From positions 33,367 to 97,366 of the forward strand of contig JAKJBW010000002.1 of assembly GCA_022706785.1 (NCBI GenBank): a stretch of 64,000 nucleotides of DNA. The letters are read 5' to 3'. Position 1 is the first letter of the stretch. Each line of letters opens with the position of its first letter. Below are positions 16,892 through 27,335 of this stretch, one piece after another. A program made the translations under genes and the position numbers. Origin of the DNA: Bacillota bacterium (lineage in GTDB: Bacteria > Bacillota > Clostridia > UBA1381 > UMGS1253). The notes under the pieces were generated by a model, which was given only the letters and a program-made list of their open reading frames with translations, ran no database searches and had not been told where the DNA came from.

Positions 16892-17689
16892 TCAGAAAGA
16901 ATGTGCTTCATCCGGGAAAGATCCGTCTTTCACCTCTGAAATATAGGCCTTTACCCCGGCCGCATACTGTTCACCAAGGTTTGCGTATGGCTTTACAAAC
17001 TTGGCCACCCGGCCCTGATACATGCCGAGCATATCGTGGCTGACCAGCACCTGCCCGTCGCACAGGTTGCCCGCGCCTATTCCGATAGTGGGTATGCGCA
17101 GCTTAGCCGTAAGTTCACCGGCCAGCTGCCGGGGCACGCATTCTAAAACCAAGGCAAATACGCCCGCCTCCTGCAGCGCCAGCGCATCGGCCATGATCTG
17201 CTCTGCGTCCTTCTGAGTTTTGCCCTGCACAAAGTGTCCGCCGAATTTGTGCACCGACTGAGGCGTAAGGCCGAGATGGCCGCAAACCGGAATACCCGCC
17301 CTTACAATGGCTCTGACCTCGTCGGCAAATGCCGCGCCGCCTTCGAGCTTAACGGCGCCTGCTCCCCCCTCCCGTATAATCCTGCCGGCGTTTTGCACGG
17401 CGTCCGCTACGCCGGCGTGGTAGGATAAAAACGGCATATCGCCCATAACCATAGCGTTGGTATCGGCGCGCGACACCGCACGGATATGATGGAGCATATC
17501 GTCCATGGTGACGCGGGTTGTATCCTTGTAGCCCAGCACTACGTTGCCAAGGGAGTCGCCCACAAGAATGATGTCCATCCCTGCCTGATCCGCAAGCCTG
17601 GCGGTCGGGTAATCATATGCGGTGAGCATCACTATTTTTTCGGCGTCAAGCTTTTTTTTCCGTATGGTTGCTGTAGTAACCTTAGCCAT
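16892..17689 (-). CDS. panB: 3-methyl-2-oxobutanoate hydroxymethyltransferase
   Basis: LTAYDYPTARL, ILVGDSLGNV and VKLEGG motifs are present. Confidence 0.9.
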   Translation of the reverse strand: MAKVTTATIRKKKLDAEKIVMLTAYDYPTARLADQAGMDIILVGDSLGNVVLGYKDTTRVTMDDMLHHIRAVSRADTNAMVMGDMPFLSYHAGVADAVQNAGRIIREGGAGAVKLEGGAAFADEVRAIVRAGIPVCGHLGLTPQSVHKFGGHFVQGKTQKDAEQIMADALALQEAGVFALVLECVPRQLAGELTAKLRIPTIGIGAGNLCDGQVLVSHDMLGMYQGRVAKFVKPYANLGEQYAAGVKAYISEVKDGSFPDEAHSF

Positions 17690-17745
17690 ATTTCAGCCCT
17701 CTTTTCATAATTTATTGCGGACTTTGGAAAGGACAAAAGCACAAA

Positions 17746-17803
17746 CCCCTTTTGTCGCAGAGACAAAAGGGGCATAAAACTACCTCCCATTACGCTGTCT
17801 CTG
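17746..17803 (-). promoter_or_regulatory. terminator-like hairpin plus alternative pairing in the panB 5' leader (candidate attenuator/riboswitch expression platform)
   Basis: On the minus strand, CCCCTTTTGTC-TCTGC-GACAAAAGGGG is followed by TTTGTGCTTTTG and lies 57-83 nt upstream of the panB ATG. An upstream CAGAGACA (17796..17803) is complementary to TGTCTCTG of the 5' arm and loop. Confidence 0.45.
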
Positions 17804-18109
17804 ACCGAAAACCGCTGTTTTACAGTGCGCGGCGCTCAGAAAATATCAACGGCGCCGGCGACTGTCAGGAATCTGGTTCAAAGCAGAAATCCATATGTAA
17901 ATAAATCGTAACATGAATAAAGGAACATTTCCTTTTGATACTGCGTCAAAACCTATAATACAGCCCAAGAAACGGTGCTGTTTACAAGACGCATGCGCGG
18001 GCAATACGCGAAACTACGGTCTGCCACATTGAAAGCGCCCGAGCTTATGCCAATAAAATAACATATTTTCGTGAAAATAGCAAGATGCAAATAGCAAGTA
18101 AAAATTTTC

Positions 18110-18138
18110 TTGACAATATTGTTACAAAACGATAAAAT
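18110..18138 (+). promoter_or_regulatory. sigma-A-type promoter upstream of pyrG
   Basis: TTGACA, 17-nt spacer, TAAAAT. Confidence 0.55.
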
Positions 18139-18179
18139 GGTACAGATATATTTTAGGGTTTTCGGGGAGGCTTCTTTAA

Positions 18180-19814
<1,635 letters not shown>

Positions 19815-19863
19815 CATATCCTGTTACATTTTTTACAGTTTTATTACAACTCTATATTCTGCA

Positions 19864-19892
19864 TTGACGGCAAAATATTGGGATGGTATAAT
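19864..19892 (+). promoter_or_regulatory. sigma-A-type promoter of the SLH-protein gene
   Basis: TTGACG, 17-nt spacer, TATAAT, about 130 nt upstream of the ATG at 20024. Confidence 0.6.
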
Positions 19893-20023
19893 CAGTGCAG
19901 GAAGGTGGAGGTAGTCTTTTCCACCTACGGGCGGGTCGCAAGAGAAAGAGGTGTGACCGCGGCCTGCTTGGAACCGAACTCTTTCAAAAACAAAAAAATA
20001 TTTATAAGGGAGGATTTGAGAGT

Positions 20024-23000
20024 ATGAAAAATCTCAAAAAGGCTTTAGCATTAGTGCTTTCATGTGCAATGGTCTTTGGTATGGTTGTTACCGCAGCCGT
20101 TACCAATTATCCTGATGTATCAAAAGACGCTACATATGCTGAAGCGGTAAATGTTCTGTCAGCGCTCGGCGCTATTCAGGGCGATGAAAACGGCAATTTC
20201 AATCCTGACTCCGCGGTTACCAGAGCTGAAATGGCGAAGCTTCTTTACACCATGGTCAGCACAGGCAGCGTGAGCAACACAGCGACACAGTTTGCTGATG
20301 TTGCTTCGGAGCACTGGGCTTCCGGTTATATTCAGTATTCCAAGCAGCTCGGTTTTATCGACGGCTATGATGCTGTTACCTATGGCCCGGAAGATTCCGT
20401 AACGTATGAGCAGGTATTAAAGCTCGTGCTTTGCGCTATGGGCTACAAGAATGCGGCAGAGTATGCCGGCGGATTCCCGACAGGTTATCTCCTCGTTGCT
20501 GCTGACATCGGCCTGACCAAAGGCATTAAGGTCAACAGTCCTTCCGAACCTGCTCCCAGAAGCGTTGTTGCCAGCGTTATATACAACGGCATGAACCTTC
20601 CGATCATGAAGCAGACCAAGTTCGGCAGCGAGCCTGAATTCAAGGCTATGGACGGCTCGGATGATGCTAACGGCGTATTCCTCACCCTGCTCAACAAGAC
20701 ATACGGCACATACAAGGTTGAAGGCAAGGTAGTTGCAACTTCCAAGACCGCTCTTACAGGCAGATCACAGGAAGACAAAGTTGGTTACATCGCTTTTGAT
20801 GTTACAAATGCATTGAAAGTTGATCTTGCAGATTTAGACAGCAGCCGCGATACGGTTTCAGTCAGCGATCCTTATACTATGCCTTCAATCAATGCTGCAG
20901 GCACGGGTGCGGATGCACTTCTCGGCTATGAGAGCGTTGCTTATCTGAAGTCAGATGACGGCGAGTTCGCGCTTGTTGCTATTGTTTCTAAGGCTAACAG
21001 AAACATTGAAACAAAAATCATCAATTCTACATTGGTATACAACCCCAGCAAGGATTCCGCAGTAAAAGACGCTGATGCGTTTAATCTTGTTGGAGACGAT
21101 GATCTTGTTTACTCCTATTGGAACGACAGAGATGAGGACACTAAGATCACTGTTAAAGATGTATACAGTGGAGATGCTGCTGGCAAAAAGGTCTATGTTA
21201 TCTGGAACGGCGTAGTGAAGGGTACCCTGTCAACGCTTTTGGATTCCGAGAAGTCACCGTATATCTTGGAGAACAATGCATATAAGTTCAACACTGCCAA
21301 CGTTGTTTGTCCCAAAATGGGCAGCGTTAAGCTGGTTGACACCGACAACGACGGCAATATCGACATCATCAGCTCTACGGCTTATGAGACCGCTTTGGTT
21401 ACCGGTGTGAATGCATCCAAGCAGCAGATCAAGCTCAGCACTACTTACACAACAAACAGAAGTGCTCTGGGCAATTCTCTTACACTTGACACCGATGAGA
21501 ACACTGAGTTGAAAGAGTGGACGGTTGTAATGGATGATGGCACTGCAATTGACCTTGAAGACATTGAAATAAATGATGTTATCAGTGTTTCCACAGACAA
21601 TTTTACTGATCCTACCTTCTATGACATCATTGTAACCAGGAAGACTGCTACCGGTACGGTAAACGAAGCAGGCACTGATGAGTACACCATTGAAGGCAGC
21701 ACATATGAAATAGCCGATGGCATTACTTCTATCACCCTGAAAGTCGGTTCGGAAGGTATTTTCTATCTTGATATGAACGGCAGAATTATTGGTATGGATG
21801 CCACTAATCCCGTTGGCGATTATGCTTATCTTGTGAAGATGGGCGGCAACAACTATGAAGAGCTTCAGATGAAGATGTTTACTGCTGACGGAACCAAGAC
21901 CTTTGAAGTAGCTGAAAAGATCAAGATAAACGGCAAATATCTGGATGATTACGCAGCAAAGGTTTATACAAAGAAGGATATAAATGATATATTCGAAAAC
22001 AGCACCGAATACACCGCATTTGCTACGGGGCTTACTGATGAGGTAACGATTGCTGACATTATGGAAAGCGGCGAATATGGCGGCTATGTCGGAACGGATA
22101 AGGTTACCCCTGCTGTCCTGTTGCATGCGCTTACAAACAACAGCTATGATGGCAAAGTTGCTCCGGCACTCAACGACAATCTTACCAAAGCATTAGCCGG
22201 CAGCGCTAAGGCAAACGCATTCGTGTCCTATAAGGTTACTGACAATACCTTAAAGGAGATCAACCTTGCTCTTAAGACGGATGATGACAAGTACTTCAAC
22301 TGTGTATACGCAGCTACCGGAGCAGACCAGGAGTGGAAAGAAGATTACAGCAGCTTTGGCTCCACTAATATTGCTGTAATGGATAATGCGAAAGTCTTTA
22401 TGGTTAAAGGCGATGATGCATCGGATTATCAGGTAAAAGACATCACTGCCCTGAAAGACGGTAAAGCGTATCAGCCTATATTGTTTGAAAGTGTAGACGA
22501 TAGCGTAGCTGCTGTACTGATTCTTAACGATGGTAGCGGTATAGATTCCGAATCTGCGCTGGCTGTATTTGACAGCAAAATAGACGCTCTGTATAATGAC
22601 GACGAAGTGATCGCTATTACTGCTTACCAGAACGGTGAAAAGATGGAGAAGAAGTTAATTGCTACATCTACCACCAGCGTGAATGGCTGTGGTTACCAGA
22701 ACGCAAGTGTCGATGATTTACAGTTCGGTGATACATTCATATACGACGAAGACTCTGACGGCTATGTGACGGAAATTAAGGTTGTGTTCTCTCCTGGCAG
22801 TACGGCGCCGGCATTTGCCGATACTACAGATTTCACGGCGGGCAATGAATATATGTCTTTGCCGGACGACAACTGGGCATTTATCAGCAACGGATCAGAC
22901 AATGACCAGGATTCGCAGATATTCTTTGGATATCTTGCAAGTGTTAACGAGAGAAGCAACGGATCGTTTACTGTAAAGGCGTTTACGGGTGACGGCAAGA

Positions 23001-23257
23001 AGGGGAATATGGTTCCGTTCATTGTTCCTTCAGATGTAAAGGTTACAGTCATTAATCCCAAATATGTTTCATCTGCAGGCAAGAGAATAAAGCCTGCGGA
23101 GACAATGGGGGATGCTGAAGTGGTAGAATCCGATTATACTGAGTTGTCTAACGGCTCTATCGACTTCGCAAATACAGACGCTGAGGATATGCGTTATGTA
23201 TTTATCAGAATGTATGATGAAACGCCTATAGAAGTAATCTATGTCAATTACTTTTAA
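20024..23257 (+). CDS. SLH-domain cell-surface (S-layer-like) protein
   Basis: Signal peptide MKNLKKALALVLSCAMVFGMVV. N-terminal SLH repeats are present (YPDV..DATYAEAVNVLSALGAIQGDENGNFNPDSAVTRAEMAKLLY; FADV...HWASGYI). RBS GGGAGG. The track ORF start at 19895 is rejected. Confidence 0.85.
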   Translation: MKNLKKALALVLSCAMVFGMVVTAAVTNYPDVSKDATYAEAVNVLSALGAIQGDENGNFNPDSAVTRAEMAKLLYTMVSTGSVSNTATQFADVASEHWASGYIQYSKQLGFIDGYDAVTYGPEDSVTYEQVLKLVLCAMGYKNAAEYAGGFPTGYLLVAADIGLTKGIKVNSPSEPAPRSVVASVIYNGMNLPIMKQTKFGSEPEFKAMDGSDDANGVFLTLLNKTYGTYKVEGKVVATSKTALTGRSQEDKVGYIAFDVTNALKVDLADLDSSRDTVSVSDPYTMPSINAAGTGADALLGYESVAYLKSDDGEFALVAIVSKANRNIETKIINSTLVYNPSKDSAVKDADAFNLVGDDDLVYSYWNDRDEDTKITVKDVYSGDAAGKKVYVIWNGVVKGTLSTLLDSEKSPYILENNAYKFNTANVVCPKMGSVKLVDTDNDGNIDIISSTAYETALVTGVNASKQQIKLSTTYTTNRSALGNSLTLDTDENTELKEWTVVMDDGTAIDLEDIEINDVISVSTDNFTDPTFYDIIVTRKTATGTVNEAGTDEYTIEGSTYEIADGITSITLKVGSEGIFYLDMNGRIIGMDATNPVGDYAYLVKMGGNNYEELQMKMFTADGTKTFEVAEKIKINGKYLDDYAAKVYTKKDINDIFENSTEYTAFATGLTDEVTIADIMESGEYGGYVGTDKVTPAVLLHALTNNSYDGKVAPALNDNLTKALAGSAKANAFVSYKVTDNTLKEINLALKTDDDKYFNCVYAATGADQEWKEDYSSFGSTNIAVMDNAKVFMVKGDDASDYQVKDITALKDGKAYQPILFESVDDSVAAVLILNDGSGIDSESALAVFDSKIDALYNDDEVIAITAYQNGEKMEKKLIATSTTSVNGCGYQNASVDDLQFGDTFIYDEDSDGYVTEIKVVFSPGSTAPAFADTTDFTAGNEYMSLPDDNWAFISNGSDNDQDSQIFFGYLASVNERSNGSFTVKAFTGDGKKGNMVPFIVPSDVKVTVINPKYVSSAGKRIKPAETMGDAEVVESDYTELSNGSIDFANTDAEDMRYVFIRMYDETPIEVIYVNYF

Positions 23258-23280
23258 TTGAACTTTGGTAACGTAAAAAA

Positions 23281-23310
23281 AGCCCGGCACATCTTGTGCC
23301 GGGCTTTTTG
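23281..23310 (+). terminator. intrinsic terminator
   Basis: AGCCCGGCAC-ATCT-TGTGCCGGGCT followed by TTTTT. Confidence 0.85.
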
Positions 23311-23432
23311 CTTGTGTCTGCCGATGAAATATTTTTGTTGCATATGGATAAGATATCTGATAGAATAGTAGCGATAGCTCTTGGCGACTTGGCAATTTAT
23401 TTGTAATGGAACGGAATATGGAGGTATTTTGT

Positions 23433-24149
23433 ATGGACAGACTGGTACTGATTGTAGACGACGAGAGGCCAATTGTTGAAATATTAAAATACAACCTGGA
23501 AAAAGAGGGCTACACCACTATTGAGGCATATGACGGGCAACAGGGACTGGAACTTGCGCTTAATAGGAATCCGGATATCATACTGCTTGATGTTATGCTC
23601 CCCAGAATGGATGGCTTTGAAGTCTGTAAAAAAATACGTGAGAAATCATCCACGCCTGTTCTCATGCTGACTGCACGTGAAGAGGAAGTAGATAAGGTGC
23701 TTGGCCTAGAGCTTGGCGCCGACGACTATATTACCAAGCCTTTTTCTGTACGTGAGCTGATGGCACGTGTTAAGGCTAACTTGAGACGTATGAACCAAGA
23801 GCCGCCTGCTTCTGAGGTTTCGACAAAAAATATTATCGGGATTGGCAGGGTATCGCTTAATCTGGATAGATACGAAGTGAAAAAAGACGGGCATATTGTG
23901 GACTTGACGCTTCGTGAGTTTGAACTGCTCAAGTTCTTGGCGTTGCAGCCGGATAGGGTATTTAGCAGAGAGGTACTGTTGGAAAAGGTTTGGGGCTATG
24001 AATATTATGGGGATGTGCGAACGGTGGATGTGACCATTCGCCGCTTGCGTGAAAAAATCGAAGACGATGCGGGCCTGCCCAGCCTTATTGTGACCAAACG
24101 CGGCGTAGGGTATTACTTTAACAAAGATCATCCTGTTGTCGTAGACTAG
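23433..24149 (+). CDS. OmpR/PhoB-family response regulator
   Basis: Receiver domain (LIVDDERPI, DIILLDVMLP, TAR) and a winged-helix output domain (LT.REFELLKFL, VDVTIRRLREKIE). GGAGG RBS. Confidence 0.9.
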   Translation: MDRLVLIVDDERPIVEILKYNLEKEGYTTIEAYDGQQGLELALNRNPDIILLDVMLPRMDGFEVCKKIREKSSTPVLMLTAREEEVDKVLGLELGADDYITKPFSVRELMARVKANLRRMNQEPPASEVSTKNIIGIGRVSLNLDRYEVKKDGHIVDLTLREFELLKFLALQPDRVFSREVLLEKVWGYEYYGDVRTVDVTIRRLREKIEDDAGLPSLIVTKRGVGYYFNKDHPVVVD

Positions 24150-24301
24150 GCTGCTTTATTTTCAGGAGATAATTGCTTATATGAAATTTCATGCCGCAAA
24201 CGCTGCCTTGCGTTTGCGGCAGCATACTAAGTCGCTGAAAGATACATTTGCGTCAGATTGATATATTTTATTAACGGCATTAAAATTATTGGGTGGGAAA
24301 T

Positions 24302-26128
24302 ATGTTTAAAAGCCTGCAGTGGAGAATTGTTTTGATGTTTGTATTGCTTGTGTTGTCGGTTATGATCATTGCCGGCACTTTTTTGCTGACGCGTGTGGGA
24401 GAGTTTTATTCTCACCGTTTTTCATATGACATGGCGCTGATTTTTACGGATGAGCAAATCACGGATGAGTTGACTGTTGCGGCAGGACAGGCCACGCCGG
24501 AATACAGGCTTAAACAGATCATAGACGCCTATTCAGGGGCGGGCCGTCTTGGCATCAATCAAAGCCGTAATTATTACATATTGGACGGCACAACCGGGGA
24601 GTATCTTAATGGTTCAGAGGAAGTAGACAGCGCAACGCTTGAAAAGACATCAAATCTAATCAGTGCAATGAACGGCCGTATCGGGAATGCGGTTACGTTA
24701 CGCAATTCATTTATGGATTATGCCTTTCCGGTTCGTGGTTTGGACGGACATAGCTACGTTATCTATATTAAGGATGACAAAAATGAGGTTCAAAGCATTA
24801 TACAGAGTATTTTTTGGATTATTCTGCAGGCACTTGGCTGGGGCATCGTTATTTCATTGATTTTCGGATTTTTCTTATCCCGCAACATCACTAAACCCAT
24901 TGTCAGCCTAACACGCAGGGCAGAGCGCCTTGCCGTCGGAGAACCGTCTGATACCGGGGCAAGCGCAAAGAAAGCAGAGGATGAGATTGGTATACTTTCG
25001 GACACCTTTGCCTTTATGTCCCGCGAGCTGCTTCACACTTTAAATCAGATTGAAAGCGAAAAGACCAAGATGGAAACTATTTTGGTTAATCTCACCGACG
25101 GGGTAATCGCCTTCGGGCTTGACGGGAAGATCATCCATATCAATCCTGCGGCAAAACGTATGTTGTCGATATGCAATGCCCGGACGGTGGAGTTTGATTT
25201 GCTTTTTTCCGATATCGGCGCCAAGATATATCTCGGCGATATTCTGTATTTGGAGCAGAATAAGCCATTTGAACGGGTAATTACGTTAAACGGACAGGTC
25301 ATAAGGGCATATTTTGCGGCGTTTAGGGCCGAGAGTGAGAAGGCGGCCGAAAAGGTGGGCGGCGTGGTGGTGGCGCTGCAGGATATCACAACGCAGCAGA
25401 AGCTGGATGATTCTCGCCGTGAATTTGTAGCGAATGTGTCGCATGAGCTGCGCACTCCGCTTACCACCATTAAGTCATACACGGAAACGCTTATGGATAC
25501 GCTTCCGGACGCTTCGGGAGACAACATGACGGGTCATTTCCTCAGCGTTATCAATTCCGAAACGGACCGGATGGCGCGTATTGTCAAAGACCTCCTGACA
25601 CTTTCCCATCTTGACCACGGTAAGAATGTTTTAAAACAAAATGAAATAGATATGGCAAAGCTTTTGAGTGGCGTGACGGAAAAGCTGAGCTTAGATGCAA
25701 AAGCGCATAAACACACGCTGCTGTTCTCCCCCACCACAACCCTGCCGCTCTACCATGGCGACCGCGACAGGCTGGAACAGGTTATCATCAATATTGTTTC
25801 CAACGCAATTAAATATACACCCGACGGCGGAAGGATTGAAATCTTCGCAGGCCGGGTGTATAACGGACTGTATATTAAGGTTAAGGATAACGGCATCGGT
25901 ATTCCGAAGCCTGATCTGGAACGTATTTTTGAGCGTTTCTACCGTGTGGACAAGGCCCGGACGCGTCAGGCGGGCGGCACCGGTCTGGGGCTTGCCATTG
26001 CCAAGGAGATTGTAGAGGCTCATGGCGGCAAGATCGTAATCACTTCTAAACCCGGCAACGGCAGTGAGGTCATCATTACGCTTCCCATAGAGCCGGAGAA
26101 TTCACACCCAGAGGCGACAGAGTCGTGA
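24302..26128 (+). CDS. sensor histidine kinase (TM-sensor-TM, HAMP, PAS, HisKA, HATPase_c)
   Basis: H-box FVANVSHELRTPLTTI, N-box NAIKYTP, G-boxes DNGIGIP and GGTGLGLAI, and two TM segments flanking a ~150-aa extracytoplasmic region. Confidence 0.9.
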   Translation: MFKSLQWRIVLMFVLLVLSVMIIAGTFLLTRVGEFYSHRFSYDMALIFTDEQITDELTVAAGQATPEYRLKQIIDAYSGAGRLGINQSRNYYILDGTTGEYLNGSEEVDSATLEKTSNLISAMNGRIGNAVTLRNSFMDYAFPVRGLDGHSYVIYIKDDKNEVQSIIQSIFWIILQALGWGIVISLIFGFFLSRNITKPIVSLTRRAERLAVGEPSDTGASAKKAEDEIGILSDTFAFMSRELLHTLNQIESEKTKMETILVNLTDGVIAFGLDGKIIHINPAAKRMLSICNARTVEFDLLFSDIGAKIYLGDILYLEQNKPFERVITLNGQVIRAYFAAFRAESEKAAEKVGGVVVALQDITTQQKLDDSRREFVANVSHELRTPLTTIKSYTETLMDTLPDASGDNMTGHFLSVINSETDRMARIVKDLLTLSHLDHGKNVLKQNEIDMAKLLSGVTEKLSLDAKAHKHTLLFSPTTTLPLYHGDRDRLEQVIINIVSNAIKYTPDGGRIEIFAGRVYNGLYIKVKDNGIGIPKPDLERIFERFYRVDKARTRQAGGTGLGLAIAKEIVEAHGGKIVITSKPGNGSEVIITLPIEPENSHPEATES

Positions 26129-26156
26129 GCATCTTAAAGGATGTACAGACCCAGGA

Positions 26157-27279
26157 CTATTTTAAATTTAACTGCCCAAGACTTGCAGCGCGCAGGAACG
26201 CATTGATAAAGCCATCCAGATCACCGTCCATCACTGCGCCGATATTTCCTACCTCGTAGCCTGTGCGGTGATCTTTCACCATGTTGTAGGGGTGGAACAC
26301 ATACGACCGGATCTGGCTGCCCCAGCCTATTTCTTTCTGCACACCTTTAATGTCTTCAATTTTATCCTTCTGCTGCTGTTCAGCGATTTCAATCAGCTTG
26401 GCCTTTAGCATTTTCATGGCGGTATCGCGGTTTTTATGTTGTGACCGCTCGTTTTGGCACGCAACTATCACGCCTGTAGGAATATGTGTGATACGAATAG
26501 CCGATTCGGTTTTGTTGACGTGCTGGCCACCCGCCCCGCTGGAGCGATATGTATCCACTTTTAGATCATCGGGCTTGATGGTGATCTCGATTTCATCGTC
26601 AATTTCAGGCATGACCTCCACCGAAGCAAAGGATGTGTGGCGCCTGCCGGATGCATCGAACGGAGAAATACGCACCAAACGATGTACGCCCTTTTCCGAC
26701 TTTGCGTAACCGTAGGCGTTTAAACCCGAGATGAGGATAGTAGCGCTTTTATACCCTGCCTCGTCGCCGTCGAGAAAATCCAGCATCTCACAGCCGAAAC
26801 CGCGTTTGGACGCCCACATCTGATACATACGCAGCAGCATTGCAGCCCAATCCTGCGCCTCGGTTCCGCCTGCGCCGGCGTGCAGTGTTAAAATAGCGTT
26901 GTATTTGTCATACTTACCCGACAAGAGCGTTTCGAGCGTCATGCTTTGCAAGCTTTCCATAAGCTCGCTATGCTCTTGCCTGACTTCGGGCAATAAGGAA
27001 TCGTCATTTTCTTCTATTGCGAGCTGGACTAATGTCTTTGCGTCCTCCCACTTGTTTTCAAAGGCCTCGAATCGCGCTACCTTATCTTTTTTTTGTTTAA
27101 TACTTTGCAATATCTTTTGCGACTTTTCCATATCGGCATAAAAGTCGGCAAGCATTGTCTGCGCTTCAAGGTCTTCTATCGACAAAAGCGTTGCCGCAAT
27201 GTCAAAGTGAATCCCTCAGTTCGTTTATCTTATCCTTCATCGCGTCCAGTTCAAGGCGGTACTGCTCATATTCCAGCAT
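26157..27279 (-). CDS. prfB: peptide chain release factor 2 (requires programmed +1 frameshift)
   Basis: The 25-codon frame-0 leader MLEYEQYRLELDAMKDKINELRDSL ends at CTT TGA C. The +1 frame continues DIAATLLSIEDLEA... into ORF 26157..27185, which carries SGAGGQHVNKTESA (GGQ). Confidence 0.9.
27201..27207 (-). other. prfB +1 frameshift site CTT TGA C
   Basis: This is the canonical RF2 autoregulatory slippery site, with an SD-like GAGGGA a few nt upstream. Confidence 0.85.
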
Positions 27280-27335
27280 AAATCTCACGTCCTTTTAAGT
27301 TTATTGTAATAAACGTATGCTGCTGCTTTGCAAGG

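Noticed and set aside
19895-20023. The upstream extension of the SLH-protein ORF (MQEGGGSLFHLRAGRKRKR...).
   Set aside because: The predicted sigma-A promoter (19864..19892) would leave no room for it. A GGGAGG RBS and a typical signal peptide begin at the ATG at 20024.
21254-22126. A 290-aa ORF antisense to the first SLH gene, along with similar long antisense ORFs at 27984..28715, 55978..56703, 58978..59802 and 62530..63312.
   Set aside because: Each lies entirely within, and antisense to, a gene with strong family signatures (SLH protein, secA, the sipL-like gene, recD2, metA). None has an RBS, and all have biased composition typical of shadow ORFs.
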